Source of the DNA: Salpingoeca rosetta
Lineage: Eukaryota; Protista; Choanoflagellata
NCBI GenBank assembly: GCA_033442325.1
Contig: JAWQFM010000030.1
Location: 442,212 to 506,211 of the forward strand
Length of the DNA: 64,000 nucleotides
Reading direction: 5' to 3'
Numbering within the stretch: position 1 is the stretch's first letter; the number at the start of each line of letters is the position of its first letter. Positions 15,885 to 29,603 of this stretch are shown one piece after another. The notes below the pieces were generated by a model that worked only from the letters and a program-made list of their open reading frames with translations, was not told the origin of the DNA and did no database searches. The translations under genes were made by a program, and so were the position numbers.

Positions 15885-17044
15885 TGTGTTTGTTTGTGTT
15901 TGTGTGTGTGTGTGTGTAAGTGTGTGTGTTTTTGTGATTATGGTTGTGTGTGTGTGTTGTGTGTGTGTTTGTATTTGTATTTGTGTGTGTGCGTGCGTGG
16001 GCTTTGTATTTGACATGAATTTTTCCTCATAAATGGACTTGCAATCAATGAAGTTGCTTCTCTTCATGCTATTCGTGTATTTGGTGTCAAAACGCCATTG
16101 GTTGAATGCAAAGAAAGCTGGACCACCCAACTACACACTACACACTGCACACGCGCACGCACGTCAACAACAGAGGGGTGGATTGGCACGTGTTAGGGCA
16201 ACGCAGGCATCTGGACATTGTGGTTTGGTGTGATGACAGTTGCAGCCGCCACGAAGAACAGAAAACTGCACGTCAATTACACGCACATGCACAACGCATG
16301 GGATCATGAGTGGGGTAACTATTAACCATGAAAGGATGCAGGGAATGGTACTACACTCTCACCATGGAACAGCAAACAATGGCGATGGAACACAAGCATC
16401 ACTGGGGATGTAACGACAACGAACGATTGCACCAAGTAAGTGCATGTTAGGCACGACCGTAATGTAACACATTGACATTTGCGAGTACACCATGGACACT
16501 TGCAGACGTGGAGGCATCTGTCTGCATTAGGTACACTGCACGTGTGGCACAACATGATACAAGGGCGGGGTAATAGACATCGAGGTAAGGCGAATAAACG
16601 TGACAGCGTGCAGATGCAAGCTGGAAGAGGCGAGAACCAACAACCAGCAAATGCATGGCACGGCACAAACGCATCATGGATGCTGCAGGAGAGACATGAC
16701 AGGCAGAATGCACAAGTGTGAATGAACACAGGTAAGGTAAGGATCGACAACGCGGGGAAGCGGGGGAGCGGGGGAGGCTACGTACAGAGACACACAGAGA
16801 GACACGAGGAGGAGTGCCTCAGAATTGCTGTCATGTGTGATAGCCGCAACGGTGAGAAGTAGATACTCGCAGACGGAGCAGGGGATTGTCAACTGCAACA
16901 CAGTGAAATCGTCTACAAGACGAGCAAAGGGTGGCGATTACGGAGTTGGAGCCATCTGGTTGCTCGGCCGCACGGAGGGACGAACAACGAAGCGAAGCGA
17001 AGAGTGTCAGGAGGTGTAGTTGGTGGAGAAAAGAGGAGAACTTG

Positions 17045-18468
17045 TCACGGTAGCAGAACATCCACGTTTTGGAACAGCGTGGAATTGCTTGCCAGCAGCA
17101 TCTCGGTAACGATGTTGTAGAGAAGGCCTTGATTGTTCCTGATGTGAAGAAAGAATGCAACGCCTTGGTTTGGTTTGGTTGGCGCGTGGGGTTGTTCGGG
17201 GAAAGGGTGTGTGGACGCACATGTGCGCGTGGATGGCTCTTGCTGGACTGGAGAGACGAGAAGGTAAAACAGCCGGGACAACACAAGAAGGGGCCCATCC
17301 ATCCGCTGCTTGTTACTGATGCCAATGCGTCATTACGCAACTTGGTTTGCGCGTGCGCGCTGGAGGCATTTCATCACGACTGCGCCAGGCATTGGAGCGA
17401 AGAATCATCATGGAACATCGTCCATGTGCAGTCCAAAGTTGAAAGTTGGTCGTTGTTTTCACACGGATCGCCAGCAGTGGTGTTGGTGGCATGCCCGTCA
17501 TGTATGGTGTTGATCAAAGAAAGAACAGTGCGTTTGGGCATGGGGGAGCAAGAACAAGCGTGAGATGATAGTCGCCGGAGTATACGTGTCGTGTTCGTCT
17601 GTGAGCACTCGCATGCTCACTGGCATGACAGCGGGCATAGACGCAGTGTGCAGTCATCAGACTGAAACCCAGATGGAGGCGGGGGGGGGGGGAGAACCCA
17701 CCCACACACACGCACGCACGCAATTGTGGTGGTGGTACGACACGCCAGCTGTTCGCACCTCGAATGACCATGTTGGGATCGCGATGGCACGCGGCAATGG
17801 TGCGGCAGCGTGTGCACTTGGACACTGATCGACGACAAAACCACAAAGAAAAGGAAAAAGGAAGGAGGAAAAAAAAAAAAAAGGACAAAAAAAGAAAGGG
17901 AAACGAAATACGTAGCAGAAGACAGGTTCGTGATTATTTTGAGCGATGGTATGAATGGTGAAAGCGAAGGAGTGAATGGTGAGAGGATAATAACCACTTC
18001 TGGACATTGAACAATTAAAGTGGTGGGACGTCCACAAGGACACTTGCACTTTTTTGCAAGTGCGCGCAGACACAAGAGCAACAGCACATTCCAACAACCA
18101 CAAGCGTGCGCGACACGTGTGTGTGTGTGTGTGTGAAGGTGAGAAGTGGCTCTTTATGTACACTGCTGGTTGTGCAACTCACCAGAGTCTTGGTGGAAGT
18201 TTTCATCCGTGCACTGGTAGTTTTGGGAGCACCCGCGAGGCATTTCCTTGAGATCTGCGTGCATGCAAGCAATGCGAGCAGGCAAGTAGGCATAAACATG
18301 GCGGTGATGCGAAAGCAGAAGGGTCAGCGACAGTGAAGTGGGGTGAGGTGTGTATTGAGGGAGTAAGCGAAGCTCGCAGCATCAAGCAGGACTGGAATGA
18401 CGAAACAAGCTGCCAGCGTGCACACGTACACACATCGCTGAACACGCGGCAACGACTGCCCCATCTTC

Positions 18469-18518
<50 letters not shown>

Positions 18519-21500
18519 ATACCTTCGATGAGTTGGTCAAAGGAAAACTGCCGCATGTCGTTGAGGTAAAACACGCGACGCGGGTCTCGCCGCACCCATT
18601 TGCGAATGTCATTGTACACGCCACTGCACAATTGCACAATACACACGCGCGCGCGTGTGTGTGTGAATGCGCGGTTGTAAGGTTTTGGATGAGTTTCGGG
18701 TGGCGACAGAGAGAAAGATCGTGTGTTTGGGGCAAAGGGCATTTCATGTGCGTGAGCGATAAGGTAACGACGATAAGGGTCATAAACAGGCAGCGGGCGG
18801 GCAGGCTGTCGTGTGAGCTTGCCAGCACGATAGAACACTCAAACAAGAGAAACAATAGAATGCCACGTGCCAGCTTGCATCAGGTCTCACCAGTAGCACG
18901 TGGAGCACAGCTGCCTGCTCAGCCACAAGGTTTGACGACACAAACACACAAGGCAAAGTGTGAGAATCAGTCGCATTTTACAAAACAAAACTAAACAAAT
19001 GAAGTGATGCGGGCATGTCGCTCTTAAATCCTGCAACGTCTCGTCCCCCCCTCCTCTTTGGTCATCGTTGCCTCGCGCACACGCAAAGGAATGACAACAA
19101 AGGAATGACACGCACATGCGCGGCTACATCAAACAACAACGAACGAGCACAGGTTCGCGCCCATGTTATTTCAACCCAAACACGCACAGCAAGGAAACAT
19201 ACAAACAGACAACCAAACAAACAGATAACCAAACAAACGCACACTCAAAAGAATGCATCACAGACTCAAACATTGCAACGACACATTCACGTCCACGCCA
19301 GCAAATTACAACGTACCCCCGCATGCCGTGATCGCTCTCGCGCTGACAGACGCAGCAGATGTTGCTTTCGCGCTTGGCTGGCCGTGGATAGCCAAGCAGA
19401 CGCGCAATGCGACTGGCTGGGTCTTCCACCGCCAGGCCAGCCATCATGTCCGTGCTGATCCCGGACGGGGATTCCACATCCCCGCTGTCCGGCATTCGCG
19501 GTTCAAATTGCGCGGCGGTCAGCTGTTGTGGGGACGCGTGCGAGCGTTGCATGGCGTCCATGTGTTGCTGCTGCAGTTGCGGTGATGTCGTCATCTGCAT
19601 TGAAGGCAGCTGTGGTGCGAACGTGCCAGGCTGGAAAAACGCCTGTGCAGGCTGCTGGTGGTGCTGCTGTTGCGGCTGGTGCGATGGTGATTGCTGGTGC
19701 TGCTGTTGCGGCTGCATGGCCAGTGGTGACATCTGATGGGGAATGCCACCAGACATGCCTGTGAGGGCAACGCCGCTGCTGTCAACAGGCAGCGCGCTGA
19801 AGTCAAGACCAGGGAACATGGATTGCATGGCCATTGGCGAGAGCTGGCGGCTTTGCTGCGGCTGCGGCTGCTGTTGTGGCTGCTGTTGCGGCTGCGGTTG
19901 AAAAGGGAACGCAGACATGGGTTGCATGCGCGCGTTGCCCATGTGTTGCTGGTGCTGCTGCCTTGACCTTGATGGTGATGCCGTCAGCTGCTGCGGTGAC
20001 ACTTGCTGAAACCCGCCCACTTGTTGTCGCGGAGGCTGCTGCTGCTGCTGCTGGAGTTGCTGGAGCTGGCGAAGGTTTTCAAGCAACTGCTGCTGCTGCT
20101 GTTGCTGCTGTTGCTGCTGCTGTTGTTGGTGGTGTTGCTGCTGTTGGTCTTGGGTGTCTGGCCCCTGGAAGTGTCGCAGCATCTCTGCAATGGCGACGGG
20201 AGAGACGCCCAGTGGGGGTGTGCCTGCAAGTGGCGACATGGTGCCTGTTGATTGCATCGGCGTGCGCATGCCTTGCATCATGTCACCGCCGCCGCCACCA
20301 CCACCACCACCACCACCACTGAGCGTGGACGATGGCTGCTGGCGCTGTTGCGGTGCCATGCGCTGTGAGAGGTCATGGGAGCTCCCAGGTCGCTTTGCAG
20401 GGAGCGGGTCTGGGCCAGGCCGCCTCTTTCCCGAATGGGAAGGTGGGGCGTGGTTGGACGCACGCGACATGCCCGGCGATGAAGGCGACGCCGTTGACAT
20501 GGGCTGCTGCTGGTGGTGGTGCTGTTGTTGCAGGAGCATCATGAGGGAGCGACCGGCATCCGGCTGCGACATGGACGATGCCGATGATGTTGCTGATGAC
20601 GAAGGCACGCCAGGCATCGGCTGCTGTTGCTGCTGCTGCTGCCAGAACCCTGCACCCATGCTGGCACCCGGGGAGGGCGATGATGTGTATGACGTGGGTG
20701 ACAGCGAGTATGACAGTAGTGTGGGTTGCGTGTGCTGCTGCTGCTGCTGTTGCTGCTGTGACTGCTCGCCTGATTGGTCTGCCGCGCGTCGCAGGAAGTC
20801 TTCAATCGCTTGGTGCTGCTGTTGTTGTCCCTGTGGCGGTTTGGCCTGATGTTCCTCCTGCCCCTGTCCTTGCTGCTGCTGCTGCTGGTGCTGGGTCTTG
20901 GCCAGGCGCGCCTGCGATTGCATAATGCGTTTCTGCAGGTCGAGAATGGAGGAAACGCTTGCGTCATCGCCGCTTGCCGCCGCGCTGGCTGGCGGCATGC
21001 GTGTGCTGAGCAGCTGTTGGGTGGCGCGAGAGAGCTGGGATGACGACTGCTCATCCCCAGGCGCCTCCTGCTGCTTGTGTTCAGTTGTGCTGGACGCAAG
21101 GCCGTCATGTCTGCCGTGTGACGCGGCTGATGCCGATGCCTGCAGGCATGAATGGACAGACAAAACAAGATGCCGCAGCACGGAAACAGTGCCATGCCGG
21201 TGAGCGACCATGACGTTGCGTTGGGAGGGGGAAATGAGCGTGTTGGGGGAAGAAAAATGTCGGTGATCAGGGACAAACCAGACCAACAAACAAACCAACA
21301 AACAAACAAACAGACAAGCCATACAAACAAACAAACAAACCAGCAAACCAGACAAACAACCCCAAAGGAAAACAGCACAACGTGCCTGTGGCGTTGCCTG
21401 CGTGGACATGGCCACGAGCGTCTCTGCCGCCTGTTGTGAGGACGAGAGACCTGATTCATCGTCATCCTTCACGCGCTGGTGCTGGCGGTGGGACGTGTTG

Positions 21501-22654
21501 GACACAACACCGCCAATCAACGGCTCACCTTCATCCTGCATCATGCTGCTGTGACCGTGGTGGTGGTGGCGGTGGTGTTGATGATGGTGACCAGCTGCAT
21601 CGCTCGCCGTGTCCATATCCATGCGAGTGTCCATCATGCTGGTTGCAGGTGCCGTGGTGGTGACACCGGCTGGGTGGGCAGCGCCAACACCCGGCGTGGA
21701 TGACGGCGATGTGGTGTCTGCAAACAGATCACCATCGACAGTACCAGCGCCGCCACTGCCTGTCTCGCCCATGCTTGCTGCGTGGCGCGTTCGCTCCCCA
21801 CAGGTGCCAGCACCAGCACTCCCGCTGCGTGTGAGACGGAGTGATGGCATGGACTGCGTGCTGGTGTGTCGGAGATGCAGTGGTGGTGGGCCTTGTCCAT
21901 GTGGCTGGCGTCGCATCAGCAGAGACGAGCGTGCATCCTGCTCCTGTTGCTCGTGCTGCTGCTGTTTCTGCTGCTCGTGCTGGTGGAGCGCACTTGCCTT
22001 GTTGTCTGGGTCAGTGGATTCCGCTGATGTGGCGCGCGCGTCGTGTGCGGCTGAGCCGTGAGCGGCGATGCTGTGGCTGCTCTGTGACCGCAGCGACTGC
22101 AGCTGCAGCGCCGGCGTGAGCGATGCCCCGCCCTTGTCACTCTGCATGGTGTCGGTGGCGTTGCCTGTGCTGCTTAAGTGGGTGTTGGTGGCAGCGGAAG
22201 GGTTGTTGATGTGCGCAGTTGGGTGAAGACTGGCGACGTGCGTGCCTGCATGCAAAGGTCGGCCTTGTGCGTCACTCTGCATGACACTTGGGACCGGCAA
22301 TGCCACGCCGCGGTGTTGTTGTTGGTCGTGTGTGCCGGCCTGTCGAAGTGCTGTCAGGTGCTGAAGTCCCAGTTGTTCCCAGCGAGGGTTCAGCACTGCC
22401 GCGTCTGGTGCTGTTGCCTGCAGGCGTTGCTGGTGCCGGTGGTGTGGTGGTTGTTGCTGCTGTTGCTGCTGGTTGTACTGGTGCTGTGCGAGGTCCAGGT
22501 GCTGGGTGATTGCTGGGTCAGATAGCGTGTGAAGGAGTGGCGTTAGAGGCGGAATGGCTTGGACTGCTGGTGCTGGTGCTGGTGCTTGTGCTGTTGCGAG
22601 AGGTGGTGCTGCTGCTGCCTGTTTGTCTTGTTTCCCCTGTTGCCTCTCGTCCAT
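17045..22654 (-). CDS. Q-rich putative transcription factor B, paralogue of A; exons 22654-21386, 21139-19317, 18914-18891, 18623-18523, 18254-18183, 17824-17759, then tentatively 17242-17221 and 17138-17045
   Basis: Q/H/S-rich N-terminus with NLS-like GKRRP, PAKRP and RPAKRE. Spliced domain: CCVCQRESDHGMRGQLCSTCYCGVYNDIRKWVRR...EMPRGCSQNYQCTDENFHQDSVSKCTRCRTIAACHRD. The last two exons are less certain. Confidence 0.78.
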
Positions 22655-23231
22655 GCGAAGACGAGGGGTGCTTGGCTGAAACAAGCCGACGACGACGACG
22701 ACGGCACGACAGCAGAGGGCTGTTACTGGTGCCAGGTGTCACTTGCCGCGGTGGTGGTGGCGCGAGAATTCACGAACAAAAGGCGATCTGTGTGGTTGTT
22801 GTGGTTCACGCGTGAAGGAAGGACAGAGCAGGCATTGTGAGGATGGTGGTGATCGAGAGATGGCACATGGGTTATGTGTGTGTGTGTGATATGTGATGCG
22901 ACATGATGTGTGTGTGTGTGTCAATGGGTGAGAAGAGAAGGTGAGGAAGGGGAGAGAGGGGAATGGTTGTACATGGGAAGAGGGACAAGGCGATCATACG
23001 CTCGCACAGCGAGAGAACAAAGAGAAGTGAAAAGATTCTCAAACCGAAACGCCGTGCTTGTGTGCATGACGACAAAACCATGACGGTCATCAACGCACAG
23101 CCACCAAAGGAGGCGGGCGGGCAGAAAGGAAGCAAAGAACGGAAGCAGAATGGATTTGGTACAGATTTGGTTCGGTGTGATGTGCGGGTGTTGACAAATC
23201 TTGCATGGAAAGCAAACACAACGGATGTGTA

Positions 23232-23289
<58 letters not shown>

Positions 23290-24333
23290 GTGTGTACTTT
23301 TGAGTGTGTGTGTGTATGTGTACTTGCGTGTGTGTGTGTGTGTGTGTGTGGCCGGCGAGCCGAACATGGCGTGCGTACAACCGATGGCCACTCCTCATCA
23401 TCAACATGCGCACAGCCATGTCAACACACGCACATAAGCACACGCTCATGAAGATCCACACACGCGCTCAACACAGCCAACGCACGGAACATAAAGGCTG
23501 CCGCCTGCTTACCCCCTTCTCCCTGACAATGTGTGATGTAACGGGCGAAGGGTGTTGGATGAAAATGGTCGACAACACACCTTCGTTCTGCCGGCTACAC
23601 ACGCAAGTACAACCAATGCACACAGCGCAAGTTGTGAGAACAAGCCGTGTGTATGTGTATGTGGTGTGTGTGTGTGTGTGTATGGTGACGGGTTGGGAGA
23701 AGTGTGATGGGTGGGTGCGTGTCGGGTGATTCAACGGGGAAGATGGTGGCTGGCTGTTGGACCTGGCGATTGTATGGATGGGTGTTGATGGTGCTGGCTC
23801 GTGCATGTGACACACTAACAAGCGCCCTTTAGGCAGTGATCGTTCGCGTTGTTTGATGGCGCGGTGTGGTGGTGGTGGTGGTGTGTGAAGGTGGGTGCGT
23901 GCATGCAGGCACACGCAAAAAAACAAGCAGCAGGTGCAAGCAGTGGCCACACTGCTGGTGCTGTGCGTGCAATGGCGTGTGATGATGGTGATGCCCAGGC
24001 CCAAACGCCACGCAATCCCCAACGCAGGTGTGCGCGGTGGGTGGAGGGAGGGAGGAGGATGGAGGGAGAGCGTGCAAAGGTGCACGGTCGTGGTGACGTG
24101 GTTGCGGGGGGGGGGGTGTAGATTGTTTGCAACCCAACAATGTGTCAGAGCAGGGTGCGCTCGTGCACGACCTACCATACAAAGCGTGGTGGCTGCTGCT
24201 GCTGCTTCTTCTTCTTCTTGGTTTGAAAGTTCGCGCCGGTGGTGGCGTTGTGTGTTGGTTTGAACAGACCGCTCGGCCTTGCTGCGTGAATGTGTGATGA
24301 TGGTGAACCGGGGTGGGGGTGCGTTTGGTTCGT

Positions 24334-24392
<59 letters not shown>

Positions 24393-25875
24393 AAAGAGCA
24401 GAGGGGTAAACACAGGTGTGTTGGTTGTTAGGCTTGCAATTGGCAGTCAGCATGCAATTAGGTTTGTGTGTGAGATGTGTGTGTGTGTGTGTATGCAGTG
24501 ACATGGTGCGTGACGCCGACACTACAATGGCACGTGCCACCGTCACACACATACAAACACGACACACGGACACACACACGAACACACACATCTCACACGC
24601 ATATGACACACATGCGTGTGAAGTCTGTTCAGGAGAGAGCGGAACACAAATAATCATGGCCTAGGCGCACAAGAGCTGCAGCCTTCAAGCAAAGGGTGTA
24701 CGTGGAGGGCACGCACCTCTGGTTACGGGTATGCGAACAACGCGGCTTGCTGATGTTGGCGTGCTGGGTGATTGCGGGGATTGCGATGATTGCTCACGAA
24801 GGTTGGGGGGGGGGTGGGGGGAGCAATGGACGATGGCAGCACAGGCAAAGCACCGCTCGCAGCAAGCAAGCAGCAAAAGTGGAAGCGGCGGAAGAGGGAG
24901 AGAAGGGTGGGTCCGTGCAGTGCGATGGCACTGGCGCTTTGACCTCTTTGACTTGGCGCAAGCAACTGTGGAAGCCACTGCCTTGGGTGGTGGTGGTGGT
25001 GGTGGTGGTGGTGCCACGAACGGTGTAGTGTTGGGTGGTGGGTGCAGCGTTGGGTTGGCACCGCAAGCCACAGACACAAGCAATGATCGCACACCATAAC
25101 GGCAGCAATCGTCAGGAAAGGTGAGGGCAAGCGATATATCATCATGTCAGCGTGGGTCGGTGTGTTTGGTGTGCAGTGTCAGGTTGGTGTGCAGTGTCAG
25201 GTCAGGGTAGGGTTGCGTGCAGGTACATGAATGTACGTATGTGCGTGCGTGAATGTATGTGTGTAAGGAAGTGTGTGTCGGGTGGGAAGCAATCACAGGC
25301 AAGTGTCCAACAAGATGATGGGCGGGTGGGCATGTTTCAAATAAAGGCACACAAACACACGTATGTTTACACACACACACACATACATACACAGAGAGAG
25401 ATACACACCTTGCAGCTGGTGGTTTGCTGGCTTTTGTTGTGTTAAGGCACACACTCTAGCACTCTCTTTGTCTCACACACAGCACACACAGCACACGGGC
25501 ACGGATCAAGAAATGAAACACCAACACGCACAGACCAAACACACATCAAACACCACCCACTTGCACGATCCCGCCGCCACCAGCAGTAGCAGCAGCAGCA
25601 GCAGCGATGGGTGCAGCGTGGTTGTCAGCGAATCCCGTGCTCTGTGCAACGACCAGCCGGCCAGTGAGTGTGGTGGGAACGAACCACTTGGGAACGGCGT
25701 GAGTAAACCAGGATCTAGTCTGGGGTGTGCGGTTCGGGGGTTGTGTCATGGGAAACGTGAGTGTGACAGCATACACACAAACGATTCGAAATCACACACA
25801 TCGCACGGCTGGAATGCATGCTGGCATGCATGCATGGCAGCGAACCGAGCAGCACCAGCCAGGAGCTCCCGTACC

Positions 25876-25935
<60 letters not shown>

Positions 25936-27534
25936 CACAAACCTGCTGGGTTGAGAGACAGGAGAGGGTCACAGACCCTGGCTGGTGATCGCTGGGCTAC
26001 TCAGTGGTGTGGCAGCTCTTGGTGTGGCTTGTATTGGTCGTTGGAACTGCTGTGTGCGCGCAGCAGCAGAAGCTGTCGGTACCGGGTTGGTGTTCGTTGT
26101 GTTTGCGGCGCCCTCTGGCTTGACGGGCGTCTCTTCTTGCGTTCAGTTCGAGTGTGTAGGTAGTTGCTCATGTCCCCCCGCTCCGCTTCCGCGCAATGCC
26201 GTGTTCTTCTCTGTCACTTGTCCCATCGCCAAACGAGGCAAGAGGAAGTCAGCAAGCAAGCAAGCAAGCGAGCTGGGAAGCAGCTGCTGGCGATGCGTGC
26301 AGCAGCCAACAAGCCAAACAAACAAACAACACAACTCGCCCACGTTTTTTTCCGCGCACTCTGCCTGTTTGCAGCAGCAGTCATGATGTCGTTGTGCTTT
26401 TTTCGTGTCACTCACCCACTTCTCAAACACTGTCCCGCCGCCCCAACTGAGTCCACCAAAACATGAGTGGCGTTTTGGCTCCCACGTGTTTGCACGTTCT
26501 GCCGTTCTGCAGACAACCTATGTATATCTTCAGAGTATTTTCCGAAACACTGACGTATCGGTATTTCAAACTTGAAGGGCGAACGGAAGTGCGAATAACA
26601 CCGTTGTGGGTGCACCCAACCTTGCGCGTGCGCAATGAGGCATGGGATGCAGGTTAAGTTTCGCACAGATAGTGGCTTCAGCCCCGTGCAGATGTGCTAT
26701 CCACCGACATGATGCAATTGAAGGGAACTTCCTTTCACCGGACACGGGTGGCGAAGACGTCTGTGCTGTCAAGGCAGCAAGAACAAATGGGGGGAAGGCA
26801 AAGTCACACAGAACACGAGGAGGCAACTTGGGGGCAAGGGTTGTGCGATGAGAGTGGACACGTAGAGAACACGTTGTTCACATTCCACGGAGCCGCGAGT
26901 GGGGCTGAAAGGAGGAGCAGAGAGGTGAGGTGAGGTTTTGTGTGAGGTGAGGTGAGAGCATATGTGATGTAATGTAACACGGGTGAAGGAACAGGGGTTG
27001 ATGTGAGATACATGACCAAACGGTGGTGGGAACACGGTGACTGCTTGTTGTGACCTCGACCTGCCTGATGGACCGTGAGCCTAGCTAGTATGTTGTTCAA
27101 AAGGATGCTAAGGAATGCAAAGGTGCTGGTGCTAGTGCACAGGCTGGCGCGGTGCTGGGGTGATGTGTGGGTTGGTGTGGCAATGCGCGACAGCGATGCA
27201 GGGGTGCGTGGGATGGCAGTGTTTGCAGATAGAGCAAAGGAGACAAGAGAAGGTACGTGTGCGTGCGTGTATGCATGTGCGTGTATACATGTGTGTTGAT
27301 TGATTGAAACACGGAAGCGGGACGCGCATGGCATGGTATGGAGAGACGATGTACATTCATGTGTGTGAAGTGTGATGGTGTATGATGGTGTATTGAAGAG
27401 CACACGGAAATCGGCAACATGCATGGCAACCAAACACCAAAGATGTGGGTTGTGCCATGGTCAGAAGCAGCAGCAATGACAAAGGATGGGGGGGGGGAGG
27501 GTGGGGTTGGCTTCGTGGATGGATACACTTGAGC

Positions 27535-27622
27535 CACATGACACCACAGAAACACATGACACCCCAGAAACACATGACAACACAGAAACACATGACAACA
27601 CAGAAACGCATGACAACAAAAA
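27535..27622. repeat. 18-bp tandem repeat (CACATGACAMCACAGAAA) x about 5
   Basis: Directly visible adjacent degenerate units just downstream of the cupredoxin-PLAT gene stop. Confidence 0.85.
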
Positions 27623-27706
27623 CGAAGACACACACATGCTCACTGCACAACAACACAGGAAAGCCAGGCAGGGAGGGGCCGAACAACAAGGTGTTGATTG
27701 AATGAG

Positions 27707-27881
27707 TCAGAAGAGGGGCTGGTCACACTTGAGGCCACAGGAGCCATCACATGTGCACGACCACAGCGCACGAAACGCCCACGTGCCAGCAGTGTTCACA
27801 AGCACGCCCTGCGTCATGTGTGTGTGCGTGTGTGAAATCGTGTGAGGAGGGGGGATTGCAGCTGCGCTAAGTACACATAAG

Positions 27882-27915
<34 letters not shown>

Positions 27916-27958
27916 GCACGCACATACACACGCACGCACATACACACATACACACGCA

Positions 27959-28021
<63 letters not shown>

Positions 28022-28868
28022 ATGGCACCATGGCTATGCACCTTTCGGGTGATGCCCCAGTCGGCAGCAGCGGACGATGACGTTTGCACGTGGCGATCAA
28101 GGGGCGTGTCACCCGACCCTTCAAACAACCTGCAGGCAGAAACGAACGTGGTCGAGTGAGATTGTGTGTGTGTGTGGTGTTGGGTTTGTGTTTGCTGCTG
28201 TGTTTGCGTGCATGAGCGTGCGTTTGCGTGTTTACATGGCATGCATTGCACATGCGCTGCTGCACGTACGGGTCGGAAAAGACGGTGGCTGGTGTTGCGA
28301 TGGTCGATGTCTCGGTCACTTCCTGCCACGTCAAACCTGCAAACCAGCACAAACAAAGGTGTTGAAGTGTTGGTGCGTGCTTGAGTTGGGAAAGGCGGAA
28401 AGCACGACAAGCAGCGCTTTCGGACGCCATGTGACACCGAGCATATGTCACTACAAACCAGCACAGGCAAACAGACAGACAGACAGAGACACACACACAC
28501 ACACTATGCATACCTCCGTCAATGCTGGCAAGAGTGGCGTTTGTTGGACTGACGGCAAACAGACGAGAGTCTGTTCCCGTTCCAATCAGAGATCGGATGG
28601 CAGGAAGCGCTGCGGTGGGGTTGGGGGGGGGTTGGCGGTGCAATGAGCAGAGTGAGTGAGTGAGTGAGTGAGTGAGTGAGTGAGTGAGTGAGTGAGTGAG
28701 TGAGTGAGTGAGTGAGTGAGTGAGTGAGTGAGTGAGTGAGTGAGTGAGTGTGTGTGTGTGTGTGTAAAAGAGAGATTGTGTGGGTTTGTGAACAACTGTG
28801 GTGTGGCGATAGCGTGGCAGTTGAGATCCAGCAAACAAAGGCAATCAGTGACCACCAAAACACATACA

Positions 28869-28909
<41 letters not shown>

Positions 28910-29554
28910 GCACACAGGCTCACTCACTTGACCAGCCCGCTGTGCCATCGTCAACTGTGGCGAAGCAGCCGTCTTTGCTGCATGCAAGCACGCGCTGGCT
29001 CGGGTGGTGCGCAAGGAGCTGCCGGAAACACTCGCAATCGCGCTCTGGTCACCAGTTATGCGTGTGTGTGTGTGAGTGAGTGCGGGTGTGTGTGAGTGTG
29101 AGAATGTGTGCGAGTATGCGAGAAGGTGTATGTGTGTGCGTGTGTGTATGCGTGTGCGCGTGTGAGAAGACAATCGAGGAGTATGAAGATGTGATTGGGT
29201 GTGGTACGGGTCAACAGCAGCCACTCTCACACGCAAGCAAGTATGCATGCAAGCACCGAGTCCCCAACTCACCCTGCTGGGTGGTGTTGGTTGACGTTGG
29301 CGGCGGCGTGCTGGTGCTTCCATCCGCCGGGACTGAAGTCGAGAACAGAACGCAATAGAAGGGGGATGGCACAGGAGAAGGGAAATAGAAGAAAGGTAAG
29401 GAAAGGGTAATCGGGGTGATGATGATGATGATACGTGAGCAAGCCGAAGGTGCGTGTGCAAGCACACTTGTTATGCCCACATGCACCTGCATGCATGCAA
29501 GCTTGCATTCTCATCAAAAAAAGAAAAACGACCAAACAAGACAGGGCCCGCGTG

Positions 29555-29603
<49 letters not shown>

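Noticed and set aside
17045-17758. A nuclear-receptor ligand-binding domain after the zinc fingers
   Set aside because: Gene A stops about 38 residues after the last Cys and gene B has room for only a short tail; nothing of LBD size is present.
27535-27622. Short direct repeats as a CRISPR-like array
   Set aside because: Units are contiguous with no unique spacers, no cas genes are present, and the context is eukaryotic.
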